This document shows, in pieces, positions 38,907 to 49,730 of a stretch of DNA of 64,000 nt; the first letter of the stretch is position 1; every line of letters begins with the position of its first letter. The DNA is from Candidatus Poribacteria bacterium (lineage in GTDB: Bacteria; Poribacteria; WGA-4E; WGA-3G): NCBI GenBank assembly GCA_965205025.1, contig CBDBFU010000012.1, forward strand, positions 288,001 through 352,000. Reading direction: 5' to 3'. A model generated the notes under the pieces. The model made no database searches. It saw only the letters and a list, made by a program, of their open reading frames with translations, and was not told the DNA's origin. The translations under genes and the position numbers were made by a program.

Positions 38907-39763
38907 GGGTGTGTAAAGTTTTTGGCATGAATATTACGGAATCATAGGGTTCTTTTTTTCTCCCATGTACTATATTGAACCAAGGGTAATTTACTGTAAA
39001 TTTGCTGCTTTTCATGTTCACAATAGTAATATATTAATTATTTATATGTTTAAAATTGTTACACTTTTTGACACATGGTGTGACATTGTCAAAACCTCTC
39101 TCCCGTCAGTACTACACTAAGTTTACAGCCACTTTTTTAAGGTTAGAAGAATTTGCACCAATTATTAGTGGGGATGGATTTTGTGTCTTTTACTTTTCTA
39201 TTAATCCACTGATTTGGAATCTATTGATTGTGTAATCTCCTAACCATCCATTTTGACAAGATATTCGCGCTAATCTTAAAAATCATAGACTTCGGAGATT
39301 TTTTGATTTTTCCATTTGCTATATATTGAAGAACGGACGGGAAAACCCCGTTCCTACGAATAGAATTATATCTGTATTGACGATTCGTATAAATGAGATA
39401 CACTGTCTTTTTATGGTGTTTATGATAGTCAGTTGTGTTTTAAGTCGGTCTATTATTGAAGTATGAATTCTGATAAACCTATGAATAGAAAATTTGTAAC
39501 TTTCGAGTTATGTATTAATTTTAGTTTACAATTATTGAACGATATAGTATTATACAATTTTATTTTTATTTTGACAAATATTTTTAATTTATTTTATATT
39601 ATTGTGAAATATGTATGTTAGATGTTAGATGTTTATGTTTTCTTCAAATTATTTTAAACTTTATGGATAAAGAGTGAAATTAGAATTTGATATGGTCTAA
39701 ACTAAAAACAAGTAATTGATCCGTTTCTTTTATGTCCATTAATGTGATAAACTTTACACACTA
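38907..39763 (+). mobile_element. About 855-bp non-coding element with terminal inverted repeats (most complete copy of the family)
   Basis: Left GGGTGTGTAAAGTTT, right AAACTTTACACAC (39749-39761); internal homology to 46534-46830, 48990-49455(-) and 9985-10390; no transposase ORF. Confidence 0.65.
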
Positions 39764-40011
39764 TTTCGTCAGAAACTATTGTCAATATTAACAAAAAGTG
39801 ATATTATGGATTTCTAAACATAATCAATCTACTCTGTTAGTGTAGGGATTAGTCTTATCAGAATTTACTGCAAACTATGAATGGACGGGAAATATTGAGA
39901 ATATTATCCTATCCTGTATACCCACTTATCAAATTCCATGTTAGATAAAATATTCAATTGGACTACAATAATATAAGAAAAACATGAAGATAGTAATACT
40001 GGAGGAATATT

Positions 40012-41853
40012 ATGATTAATTCACCACTTAGTTCTCAGGAAACTCCAACAGGATCGATAAACATAGAAGAATTACCAGTGGGTATGGCAGAAGACCATGA
40101 GTTGGTTTATCATCAACTTTGTAGTGCGGATAGTTTTGATGAACTTGAAGGGAAGCCTTTTCATATAAACGGAACACATCTTGCAGTATTCAAGTATGAG
40201 GAAAAGTACTACGCCGTTGACAACAGATGTCCTCACATGGGGTATCCCATGTCTCAAGGAAGTATTAGAGATGGTGTACTAATTTGCCATTGGCATCATT
40301 GGGAATTCGATTTAAAATCTGGTGGTTGTTTTTTGGCATCTGGAGATGATTTAAAAGCTTTTCCTGTTGAGTTACGTGATGATGGTTATTTGTATGTAGG
40401 TTTAGCAAAAGGCGAAAGGGAAGCAGCCAAACGTCGTGTGATAGATCAAGGTAAACGTGCACTTGAACGTGGTCTTAAAGATCGGAGTACATTTTTCATT
40501 GCGAAAGCCGTCACAGCTCTTAGAGATGCAGGAGCAACGCCGAATGAAATAATTCAACAAGGACTTCATTACGGAACCCATAAGAGTAGTGATGGTTGGT
40601 CATCAGGAGTTACAATTCTTACTATTGCAGCAAATTTATGGGATGATGTGGATAAGAAAGACCATAATCTTTTTCTGGTGCACGGTTTAGCTCAGATTAG
40701 CCGTCGAACTACTGGAAGTGCCCGACCATATCGCGCGCCGTTTCCACGGATGACAGAAGCACATGACCTTGAAACATTGTTGCGATGGTTTCGCTATTTT
40801 GTTGAAAAGAGACACTCAGGTGCTGCTGAACGTATCTTGTTAACTTTAAAAGATCGTGATTATGATAAATCTGTGATAGCTGATTTCATATATACAGCAG
40901 CTACAGATTACTATTTCACGGGTGATGGACATGCACTTGATTTTGCAAACAAGATGTTTGAAGCATTAGATTACATTGAATGGGATGGTGCTTATGAGAT
41001 TTTACGTCCTATAGTTGTTGATTTAGTTGGACGAACTCGTCATGAAGAGACCTCCCGTTGGGCAGATGCAGTGCCTGTTTTAGGACCAGTATTTAAAAGA
41101 TTAGATAGCATCTGGGATGATAACCAAAAAAATCAATGTGATCTTGATATTTCAGATTTTGCTCAGACTTTACTTGGGGACGAGTTTGAACCAACAGTTA
41201 AAGTGGTGGAAGAAAAGCTTCGTGCCGGTGTAGATCCAAGAGATATTTGTCGTGCAATGACTTATGCTTCTGCCATTCGTACTGCTCGTTTCCATTTAAA
41301 GAACGAGGGTGATTGGCATGATGTAGCGAATATTTACTCTTATGCACATGGACTTTATCAAGCTTTCGGGTATGCTCCGAGTGCGAATCTACTGCGTGGG
41401 ATTTTCCATGGTGTTGTCTTTCTCGCATACTTACGGTGGTTGAATATGCCAGCTGCCCGTATTCCAAGACCTGGACAGAGACTTGATGAAACTTACGATA
41501 CTCAAAAACAGATGTTAGAAAGACTCCAAGAATTTGCTGATTTTCAAAAAGTGTTTGAAGCAGAAATATTGGTGAACCAATATCTTGAAGAGGGATATGA
41601 AATTAAGCCATTAAAGCAAACTTTATCACATATCCTACTTAGGGAAGATGCCGAACTACATATGTTTCAGGTGTTGGAAGTTGCGTTTCGTCATTATGAT
41701 TTGACGGAGGATGCAGAAGAGAAAAGGATGCATATGTTGGCTGCAACCAGATATATTACAGCACAGAAGCTGATGAAGAATATTTTATGGTCTACTGAGA
41801 ATGCTGAACGTTTGGCACGGGGTGAGTTGCTTAATGAACGGGATGATGATTAA
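40012..41853 (+). CDS. Rieske [2Fe-2S] ferredoxin domain fused to a large helical domain of unknown function
   Basis: NRCPHMG...ICHWH Rieske ligands; repeated His-containing helical motifs GHALDF, DWHDVAN, ELHMFQ. Confidence 0.85.
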   Translation: MINSPLSSQETPTGSINIEELPVGMAEDHELVYHQLCSADSFDELEGKPFHINGTHLAVFKYEEKYYAVDNRCPHMGYPMSQGSIRDGVLICHWHHWEFDLKSGGCFLASGDDLKAFPVELRDDGYLYVGLAKGEREAAKRRVIDQGKRALERGLKDRSTFFIAKAVTALRDAGATPNEIIQQGLHYGTHKSSDGWSSGVTILTIAANLWDDVDKKDHNLFLVHGLAQISRRTTGSARPYRAPFPRMTEAHDLETLLRWFRYFVEKRHSGAAERILLTLKDRDYDKSVIADFIYTAATDYYFTGDGHALDFANKMFEALDYIEWDGAYEILRPIVVDLVGRTRHEETSRWADAVPVLGPVFKRLDSIWDDNQKNQCDLDISDFAQTLLGDEFEPTVKVVEEKLRAGVDPRDICRAMTYASAIRTARFHLKNEGDWHDVANIYSYAHGLYQAFGYAPSANLLRGIFHGVVFLAYLRWLNMPAARIPRPGQRLDETYDTQKQMLERLQEFADFQKVFEAEILVNQYLEEGYEIKPLKQTLSHILLREDAELHMFQVLEVAFRHYDLTEDAEEKRMHMLAATRYITAQKLMKNILWSTENAERLARGELLNERDDD

Positions 41854-41877
41854 AGATATCTGTTAGTCAGAATACTC

Positions 41878-42726
41878 CTAATCTGAAATGGGTAAAACAT
41901 CACGTTGTACTTCGTGGACTTTGTCTGGATAGGTTTCACCTCTAATCCACATAATGGGTTGACCTTTGTAGGATCCATCGTGTTTTGCCCATTTCGCCTG
42001 TGCACTCAGGTAATGGGAGACGTAACTTCTTCTGAAACGAAGGCTATGATTATCTGTACTTTTATGAAGTAGATGACTATGAAACCATATTACGCCACCA
42101 GGAGGAACTTCAACAGCAATACCGTCTTCATCCCGAACATCCCGTGCTAATTTAAACTCTCGTTGCTGTGAACCTTCAAGATCATCATGTTCATGTATAT
42201 CATGTTTGTGGCTGCCCGGTACAACATACAAACAACCGTTGTCAATATCTGCAGCATCTATTGCTGTCCATGTACCAACAGTTGTCTCCGTATCAAACCT
42301 ATTTCTGAAATAGAACTTATCCTGATGCCAAGGGAATCCCAATCCGATTTTTGGTGCCTTCCAAATAAATAGATTGTTAATTCCCAGAATATCTGGTCCG
42401 AAGATATCGACAATTGGATCTGTTAAACGCGTATCTCTTACACGATTGAGAAATTCAGGACAGAAACAACTTGGATGATGTATTTTATGCATGGCATATA
42501 TCCCCTGTTCTTCTATCTTTCCATCTCTCACCAAGGCATTTTGGTCTATATGTGCAGATGGGAAGGGACGTTTTCCATCCACAACATCCTCAGCAACTTG
42601 TCGGAGTAAGTCGTTTTCATCATTGTTGAATACATCGTATCGGACAAGATAACCATTCTCATTCCAAAAAGTAAGTTCCTCTAAAGTCATTCCATTCTTA
42701 CGTTTTTGTGTTGTATTAGAACTCAT
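41878..42726 (-). CDS. PhyH family Fe(II)/2OG dioxygenase (tandem paralog 4)
   Basis: GFPWHQD, NGCLYVVPGSH, HKSTDNHS.RFRR. Confidence 0.92.
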   Translation of the reverse strand: MSSNTTQKRKNGMTLEELTFWNENGYLVRYDVFNNDENDLLRQVAEDVVDGKRPFPSAHIDQNALVRDGKIEEQGIYAMHKIHHPSCFCPEFLNRVRDTRLTDPIVDIFGPDILGINNLFIWKAPKIGLGFPWHQDKFYFRNRFDTETTVGTWTAIDAADIDNGCLYVVPGSHKHDIHEHDDLEGSQQREFKLARDVRDEDGIAVEVPPGGVIWFHSHLLHKSTDNHSLRFRRSYVSHYLSAQAKWAKHDGSYKGQPIMWIRGETYPDKVHEVQRDVLPISD

Positions 42727-42790
42727 AATATACCTATATTCTAACTTTCTAAATGGTCTTGTAGTGTTTTACCTTATTAGACTATATTCA

Positions 42791-43639
42791 TTATTCAGAT
42801 GATTCTGGTATAGGTAATACATCACGATATACAGGATCCATCCTGTTTGGATATATTTTTCCTCTAATCCACATAGCGGGGCGAATATACTTAGGATTTT
42901 TTTTAGGTATCCGTTCTGCTGTTGCACTTATATAATGTGCAACATTTGCACGTCTGAAACGAAGACTATGATTATCAGTGCTCTTATGAAGGATTTGGTT
43001 GTTGAACCAGACTACACCACCAGGAGGAACTTCGACTGCAACCCCATCTTCATCCTTCACTCCCTGTGCCAGTTTAAATTCATTCTGTTGTGAACCTTCA
43101 AGATCGGCATGTTCGTAGATTCCATGTTTGTGGCTACCTGGTATAACATAGAGACACCCGTTATCTTTATCTGCAGGATCAATAGCAGTCCATGTTCCTA
43201 CAGTCATTTCTGTCTTGTATTGATGGTTAAAATACCATTTGTCCTGATGCCATGGGAACCCTAAACCAATCTTCGGTGCTTTCCAGATATATAGATTGTT
43301 GAGACCGAGAATATCTGGACCCAGTAGATCAACAATGGGATCAGTAAGTCGGGAATCTCGAACTCGTTCAAGGAACTCTGGATTGTAACAACTGACATGA
43401 TGTATCTTGTGCATTGCATGGATTCCAGTTTCTTCAACTTTTCCATCTCTTACCAATGCATTCTGATTGATGTTTGCTGATGGAAATGGGCGTTTTCCTT
43501 CAGCAATTTCATCTGCGATTTGTCGTAAGACATCGTTTTCATTTTTTGTAAATACATCATACCGTATGATAAATCCGTTTTCCTCCCAAAAGGATTTTTC
43601 ATCAGATGTTAATTCATATTCTCTTTCTATAATAGACAT
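42791..43639 (-). CDS. PhyH family Fe(II)/2OG dioxygenase (tandem paralog 3)
   Basis: GFPWHQD, NGCLYVIPGSH, HKSTDNHSLRFRR. Confidence 0.92.
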   Translation of the reverse strand: MSIIEREYELTSDEKSFWEENGFIIRYDVFTKNENDVLRQIADEIAEGKRPFPSANINQNALVRDGKVEETGIHAMHKIHHVSCYNPEFLERVRDSRLTDPIVDLLGPDILGLNNLYIWKAPKIGLGFPWHQDKWYFNHQYKTEMTVGTWTAIDPADKDNGCLYVIPGSHKHGIYEHADLEGSQQNEFKLAQGVKDEDGVAVEVPPGGVVWFNNQILHKSTDNHSLRFRRANVAHYISATAERIPKKNPKYIRPAMWIRGKIYPNRMDPVYRDVLPIPESSE

Positions 43640-43651
43640 CTTGTTGCCTTT

Positions 43652-44500
43652 CTATTCTTTTGTCAGAGGTAGAACATCATGATAGACGGGTTCCATATTC
43701 TTAGAGTATGTATTACCTCTAACCCACATTACTGCGCGTTTATTTTTAACATTTTCTACCCTATCGGAGTGGGCACAAATATAATGTGCGACATTACACC
43801 TTCGGAAGCGATCACTATGGTTATCTGTGCTCTTATGCAAAATCTGATTGTTGAAAAATATAACACTTCCTGCTGGAACTTCTACTGCGATACCGTCTTC
43901 GTCTTTAGCACCGATGGCATATTTAAATTCATTCTGTTGTGATCCTTCAAGATTAATATGCTCATGAACTCCATTCTTATGACTTCCAGGGATAACATAG
44001 AGACATCCGTTTTCGATATCCGAATCGTCAATAGCAGTCCATGTACCTACAGTCTTGGTAGTGATATACTGATTATTAAAATACCATTTATCTTGATGCC
44101 AAGGAAATCCTAAACCGATTTTTGGGGGTTTCCAGATATATAGATTGTTTAAACCGAGGATATCTGGTCCAATTAGATCAACTATAGGATCTGTAAGACG
44201 AGGGTCGCGAGAACGTGAAAGGAATTCAGGTGAATGTTTATTGATATGGTGAATACAATGCATAGCATGGATACCGGATGCCTGAACTTTACCATCAATG
44301 ACTAATGCGTTCTTGTGTATGCCTTTGGGGGGAAATGGTCTATTGCCTTCAACTATTTCATCAGCAATTTGCCCTAACTTGACATTTTCATCTTTTGTAA
44401 AGACATTGTAGCGGATAAAATATCCATTTTCTTCCCAGGAGACTTTTTCATTTGGAGTTAATCTGTATTTTCTTTCTTCACTGGATATATCTTGTTCCAC
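43652..44500 (-). CDS. PhyH family Fe(II)/2OG dioxygenase (tandem paralog 2)
   Basis: GFPWHQD, NGCLYVIPGSH, HKSTDNHSDRFRR. Confidence 0.92.
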   Translation of the reverse strand: MEQDISSEERKYRLTPNEKVSWEENGYFIRYNVFTKDENVKLGQIADEIVEGNRPFPPKGIHKNALVIDGKVQASGIHAMHCIHHINKHSPEFLSRSRDPRLTDPIVDLIGPDILGLNNLYIWKPPKIGLGFPWHQDKWYFNNQYITTKTVGTWTAIDDSDIENGCLYVIPGSHKNGVHEHINLEGSQQNEFKYAIGAKDEDGIAVEVPAGSVIFFNNQILHKSTDNHSDRFRRCNVAHYICAHSDRVENVKNKRAVMWVRGNTYSKNMEPVYHDVLPLTKE

Positions 44501-44638
44501 AATTCACCTGTAGCTTATATAAGCGGATTATATTGGAAGATTATATTTATAAACAATTCATCCCTATTGGATTATGAATAAAGACCAGTGAATATGGTTT
44601 AAATTCGGTAGTATAACCAGATATATAATGAGTCATCC

Positions 44639-45484
44639 TCAATCGGATTCTATGATAGGAATGATATCATGCTGTACTTCATCTCCCATACCTGGATATG
44701 TCTTACCTCGAATCCACATGGGAGGTCGTTTCTTGTTTACGGCTTGTGGTCGTGTCCATTCTGCTTTTGCGTCAATATAGTGTGCGACATTAGCACGTCG
44801 AAAACGTGAACTGTGATTATCAGTGCTTTTATGAAGCACTTGACTATTGAACCATATTACCGACCCCGCGGGAACTTCTATAGGAATACCGTCCTCATCT
44901 CTTGCCCCTTCAGCCTGTCTGAATTCTCCCTGTTGAGATCCTTCAAGTTCATTATGGTCTTTTACACCATGTTTATGGCTACCTGGGATAACATATAAAC
45001 ATCCGTTTTCTTCATCAGCATCATCAATGGCTGTCCAAGTAGCAACTGTAGTTCCGGTCTTGTATTGATGGTTAAAATACCATTTATCTTGATGCCAAGG
45101 GAAACCTAATCCTATTTTCGGTGGTTTCCAAATATATAGATTGTTGAGTCCGAGTAGATCAGGACCGAGTATGTCAGCTGCTGGATCTGTGAGTCGAGGA
45201 TCTCTTGTACGATCAAGGAATTCACGAGAATTGCAACTTACATATTGTATATTGTGTATGGCATAGATACCTTCTGCTTCTGCTTTACCATCTCTGACTA
45301 ATGCGTTTTCAAAGATGTGATATTCCGGAAAACTTCGTTTTCTATTCACAATTTCATCAGCAATTTGTGCTAAAATATCGTTTTCCTCTTTTGTGAAGAC
45401 ACCATATCGAAGGAAATATCCATTTTCCTCCCACGAGGACCGTTCATCATCGGTTAGACTAAACTTCTGCGTTTCTGTATTCAC
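44639..45484 (-). CDS. PhyH family Fe(II)/2OG dioxygenase (tandem paralog 1)
   Basis: GFPWHQD, NGCLYVIPGSH, HKSTDNHSSRFRR. Confidence 0.92.
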   Translation of the reverse strand: MNTETQKFSLTDDERSSWEENGYFLRYGVFTKEENDILAQIADEIVNRKRSFPEYHIFENALVRDGKAEAEGIYAIHNIQYVSCNSREFLDRTRDPRLTDPAADILGPDLLGLNNLYIWKPPKIGLGFPWHQDKWYFNHQYKTGTTVATWTAIDDADEENGCLYVIPGSHKHGVKDHNELEGSQQGEFRQAEGARDEDGIPIEVPAGSVIWFNSQVLHKSTDNHSSRFRRANVAHYIDAKAEWTRPQAVNKKRPPMWIRGKTYPGMGDEVQHDIIPIIESD

Positions 45485-45539
45485 TCATGCTCCTTCTGAA
45501 AATCCTTAGGTAAATTGTTCTGATGACTTCGCTTGAACT

Positions 45540-45640
45540 AATTCGGATTCTGTTACAGGTAAAATTCGATGAAAGACTCCATACTATAAAGTTGGATATA
45601 TTTCTCCTCTAACCAACATTAGGGGTCGTATATACTTTGC
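45540..45640 (-). pseudogene. Relic 3' end of a fifth PhyH paralog
   Basis: Translates AKYIRPLMLVRGEIYPTL*YGVFHRILPVTESE versus the paralog-3 C-terminus PKYIRPAMWIRGKIYPNRMDPVYRDVLPIPESSE. Confidence 0.75.
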
Positions 45641-45729
45641 AATTTTAATACATCAAAATAGAGAATAGTCAATCCACAATACTATTCATGTAAGGTGGGA
45701 AATAGCGGAGATGGATGAATATTATGCGT

Positions 45730-45766
45730 AAAAAGGTCTGTAGTTATCAAAAGATGACTACAGACC
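45730..45766 (-). terminator. Rho-independent terminator after the DUF1326-like gene
   Basis: GGTCTGTAGT(T/C)ATC stem, short loop, T5 tract on the minus strand, 8 bp after the stop. Confidence 0.75.
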
Positions 45767-45773
45767 AGAATGG

Positions 45774-46428
45774 TTACATAGAGAAACTACCGACAAAGAC
45801 ATTATTAAGAGCATTACCTTGTTGCCAATTTACGGTGAGATAGGAATCTTTGTATCGATAGACTTCTGATTTTCCAACGAGAGGATTGTCTAAAGCAATC
45901 AACGGTTTATACCAGATTTGATGGGGTTGAGTGCAATGGACACAAGGATACCGATTTGCGGTTAATGTTAGAACTTTACCAACTTCTACATTATATTTAG
46001 TATCCTTCTTTGTAAAGTTAATGGGTGCGGTTTGAGTTGCTACGATAGTTCCAAGTTCTTTTGTCCGTTTCGTTGCCAATAGATCTTTGAGTGCTGCTTG
46101 CTGTTCTTGCGTTGTTTTTGTATCTATGTACAAAACACTCTTGCGTGTTTTAAAATCAATGGCTAAATTTCTCTTTTGCACTGACAACAGCAACGACTGT
46201 TAATCCATCAAGAGATATTCCATTCCAATTCCCTTGCTGGATATTCCATACCATAGTTGCTTCTTTTCCACCCTCGACATATTCAGCACCGAAGTGACAT
46301 GCACCAACATATACACTTGCTGAACGTGCTTCAATGTATTCCCCTTGAATATCCGTTATGTCTGTTGCAATTGCAATGGATGCGATTGCCATTAAGATTA
46401 ATGTTGATAGAACAATTATCCTTTTCAT
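45774..46428 (-). pseudogene. Secreted DUF1326-like protein with a single frameshift
   Basis: Signal peptide, GEYIEARSASVYVGACH motif; removing one base at 46168-46170 joins the two ORFs as SAKENLAIDFKT. Confidence 0.7.
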
Positions 46429-46933
46429 TAGTATATCTCCTCCATATCAGATTCTCGTTTACTGAATTAATACCGTCTTATAACCTATTGTGCCAATTAT
46501 ACCCTAAGTATAAGTAAAAAATCAAGTGTTCTGGGGTGTGTAAAGTTTTCGGCATGAATATCACAGATCATAGAGCTTTTAATCTCAGTTATTTACGCAT
46601 ATCTCATTAATTTTATTTTTTATGGACACTTTGTTTTAGCATGTAATTATATTGAGCCAAGGGTAATTCTTCTGTAAATTTGCTGTTTTCACTATTCACA
46701 ATAGTAATATTTATGTTATTTATATGTTGTAAAAAGTTACACTTTTTGTCACATTGTGTGACATTGGTAAAAGCCTTATCCCACCAGTACTACACTGGGT
46801 TTATAGCAACTTTTTTATGGTATTGTCATTTCTTCTCTTCCTATTTATTGCTCTATCTTCTTTCTGTAGATGTGAATTCTGTTTAGTGTATCTCATAAAA
46901 AGTATATTGACACAAGTTGTCACCTATTTATTT

Positions 46934-47004
46934 ACATAGCGCTCCGCTGGAGTGCGAGATGTTGATATACCTTTTTCTCTAGACATATCACCCCTCTGGG
47001 GTGA
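46934..47004 (+). repeat. REP-like hairpin doublet
   Basis: ACATAGCGCTCCGCTGGAGTGC and ACATATCACCCCTCTGGGGTGA, 49 bp apart. Confidence 0.8.
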
Positions 47005-47007
47005 GGA

Positions 47008-47070
47008 AAGATCGGGGATCGGAATCCCCTCCTACAGAATATAAGATCGGGGATCGGAATCCCCTCCTAC
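47008..47070 (-). repeat. Tandem pair of GTAG-type REP units
   Basis: AAGATCGGGGATCGGAATCCCCTCCTAC twice with a 35-bp period; related unit near 32230-32253. Confidence 0.8.
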
Positions 47071-47449
47071 TGAAGAGTCTAATCCTTAAATTGACGCTAT
47101 AAGTAATAACGATTCATATTTATGAGATACACCGTAGTTTTATTTTCACAACACAATTTTATGTTAGTTTTTTTATTTTTTTAGAAAATTCATTCTCTGT
47201 TCTTGTTTGAAGTATGCTAAACCCTGTTCTGGTATAGGTTTTTAAGGGTGCGATATTTCGATTTTCTTTTCACAACTGTTGTGAAAGCCACATAACAACA
47301 ATTTCATGATATGCTTTTTCTGCAACAGATATAGTAACATAATAAGGTGTTTGTGTCAAGACAAAAATTACATATTGTGACATATTTTATAAATTTGTTT
47401 ACTATTGTTAGTTTATTATTATGGATATTTCTATAATATTATATCTTTA

Positions 47450-48585
47450 ACGACTTGTGCCAGTTAGTTCTTTTTATGTAATATTGAAATTCACAAGTTT
47501 AATCTTTTTCTTTTTATTAGATCCATCCTTATGGTATCCTTTAGTAAATCTAAAAATAAAAAGGAACTATAAGGATGGAACTAAAGGATACATTAGAAAA
47601 GTATGTTATGCAACTCAAAAATAATGAACGAACACTTGAAAAAGTTGCCAGTGTCTGTCAGAAAATCATTGCCAAACTTTATGATACCTACTTTCCCAGA
47701 GCGGAAACGCTTCGAAGGGGACCCGTCAGTCCCTGCCCAGATAGCGACATTATTACAATCGCATGGCTATTCGAACTCATAGGAAAAGACAGCGAACTCG
47801 CAGGATACAAACTTGTGAAAGTATAACTCGGTCATCTGTTTCCACATTTGCCAGAACGCTCTCGTTTCAATCGAAGGCGAAGGAATTTGTGCTCTGCAAG
47901 CGAAAAACTCCGAAATGTCCTCGTAAAAATGCTACCGGATGATGACATTTACATTGTTGATAGTTTTCCTATACCTCTTTGCGATTTCAAACGAGTCCCA
48001 ACTTCTGCTTCACCTTTGAAATGTGCTGATGGTAATGGCACTTTGGCAACTTTCGGAAAGTGTGCTACAAAGGGACTTGATACCTTCTTTGGGTTCCGGG
48101 GTAGTTTGATAACAACAGCTTATGGACTCCCTGTTGATTTTGCCGTCGCTACAGCAGATACAGATGATCGACAAGTGCTTCCATTGTTTTGTGAACGAGG
48201 CACTTATCCTGTTATCATCGGAGACAAAGGGTATATATCTGAAAAACTTGAGGCAGAACTCCTTGAACAGTATAATGTATGTCTATTACCGACGCGGCGT
48301 ACGAATCAGAAAGAACAATACCCGAAGTCATTTCAAAAGCTACATCAAAAGATACGAAGGCGTATTGAGACTACGATAAGTCAACTTTCAAATCAGTTTA
48401 ACATTGGACGCATCCGAGCTCGGACCCATTGGGGATTTAGGACACGTTTGAGCAATAAGTTTAGTGGTTATACACTCGGTGTTTTCTTGAATAAGTGTTT
48501 AGGACGAAAGTTAATGGCACTCAAAGATGTTGTCTACGCATAATAGTATTAGATATTTTACATAAAGTTAACTGGCACAAGTCGT
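47450..48585 (+). mobile_element. IS982-family element, copy 1, transposase broken by a nonsense codon
   Basis: TIRs ACGACTTGTGCCAGTTA / TAACTGGCACAAGTCGT; TAA at 47824-47826 where copy 2 has CAA; IVDSFPIP, GDKGY, RRRIET motifs; no 7-bp flanking direct repeat. Confidence 0.92.
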
Positions 48586-48989
48586 TAAAGTCTCTTAAAT
48601 GTAGCATAAACTTCAAGTTTGTGCGGAATTTCAAACCATGCTTTAACTACTTTTCATGGGATAAGCACTTATAGAAATGGTATAACATTCTACCACATTC
48701 ACCTAAATTCATTGTCTGGAGAACAGGATTATCCATGTTAGAATTAAGACAAAAAACTTCAGAAATTTCAACTTTTGAGAAACATTTCCAAATCATGATT
48801 TTCCGTAGTCAAAATAAACAGATAAAGAGGATAATCAAATCGATTTACACGCCAAATTTCTTTAGTTTTTCAAATTTTATAGTTTTACACCAATTTTACA
48901 AATCCTTTGTTATCCCAACCCCCAACAAGGTTTACAACCCATTAAAATGTCATTTCTTAAAAAACGACTTAAAAAACTTAAAAAACTTG

Positions 48990-49455
48990 AAAATAGACCG
49001 ACTTCAAACAAAACATACTATCATATACATCAGAAAACTACAGTGTATCTCATTACTACGAATCATCCATACAGATATAATTCTCTTCGTAGGGACGGGG
49101 TTTCCCAGTCCGTTGATTCAATATATAGCAAATGACGAAATCAAAGAATTCTACAAACATACGATTTATGAGAGATGTTCTATTATCTTATCAAAATGGA
49201 TGGTAAAAATTTTAACATAAAATATCCAAATCAATGGCTTATAAGGAAAGTAAAAGACACAAAAGTTATCATTTTTGCAAATTCTTGTAACTTTAAAAAA
49301 GTGGCTGTAAACCCAATGTATTACTGACGGGATAGAGGTTTTACCAACGTAACACCATGTAACGAAAAGTGTAACATTTTCAACATATTGATAATATAAA
49401 TATAACTATTGTGAATACAAAAAAAGATGAATATTTACAGTATAATAACCCTAAC
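48990..49455 (-). repeat. Modular non-coding element, inverted copy 4 (module B)
   Basis: Reverse complement aligns by eye to about 38980-39450, including the embedded TTCGTAGG(A/G)ACGGGG REP. Confidence 0.8.
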
Positions 49456-49730
49456 AGGACAAATGTGTGTAAAAAATCTCCTATAGGACTTACACATATC
49501 CTCTTTGTCTGTTGAGAATGCAATCTAAAGGTGCAACGAAGTGGTGAATTCTCAATTAGAAATGTCTAAGCCCCAGCGGGGCGACAGGTGTATATTCGTG
49601 TGGATTTAAGCACCACTCTTTCTACTGACAACGTGATCGCCACATAAGATAATATTGGATGATTATTCTAATTCATAGAAAATATGGGAACTATTCTGTC
49701 CATTTATAATCGGATGATAACCAATAATGC

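Larger units (their letters stand above)
46534..47449 (+). repeat. Modular non-coding element, copy 3 (cut off by IS982)
   Basis: GGGTGTGTAAAGTTTTCGGCATGAATAT nearly identical to 38907; shared CCAAGGGTAATT, GTTACACTTTTTGTCACA and ATGAGATACAC blocks. Confidence 0.75.

Noticed and set aside
41878-45484. PhyH array as a diversity-generating retroelement or shufflon target
   Set aside because: No reverse transcriptase or recombinase nearby; divergence is spread over whole genes and is not adenine-specific
47008-47070. Two identical 28-bp repeats as a possible mini-CRISPR
   Set aside because: The spacer is only 7 bp, there are two units and no cas genes, and the GTAG-hairpin form fits a REP
48735-49220. 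161-aa ORF and similar short ORFs (39221-39403, 48947-49135, 10010-10228, 46680-46939) as a protein family
   Set aside because: Peptide similarity switches frames between copies, so it reflects DNA-level repeat homology rather than conserved coding
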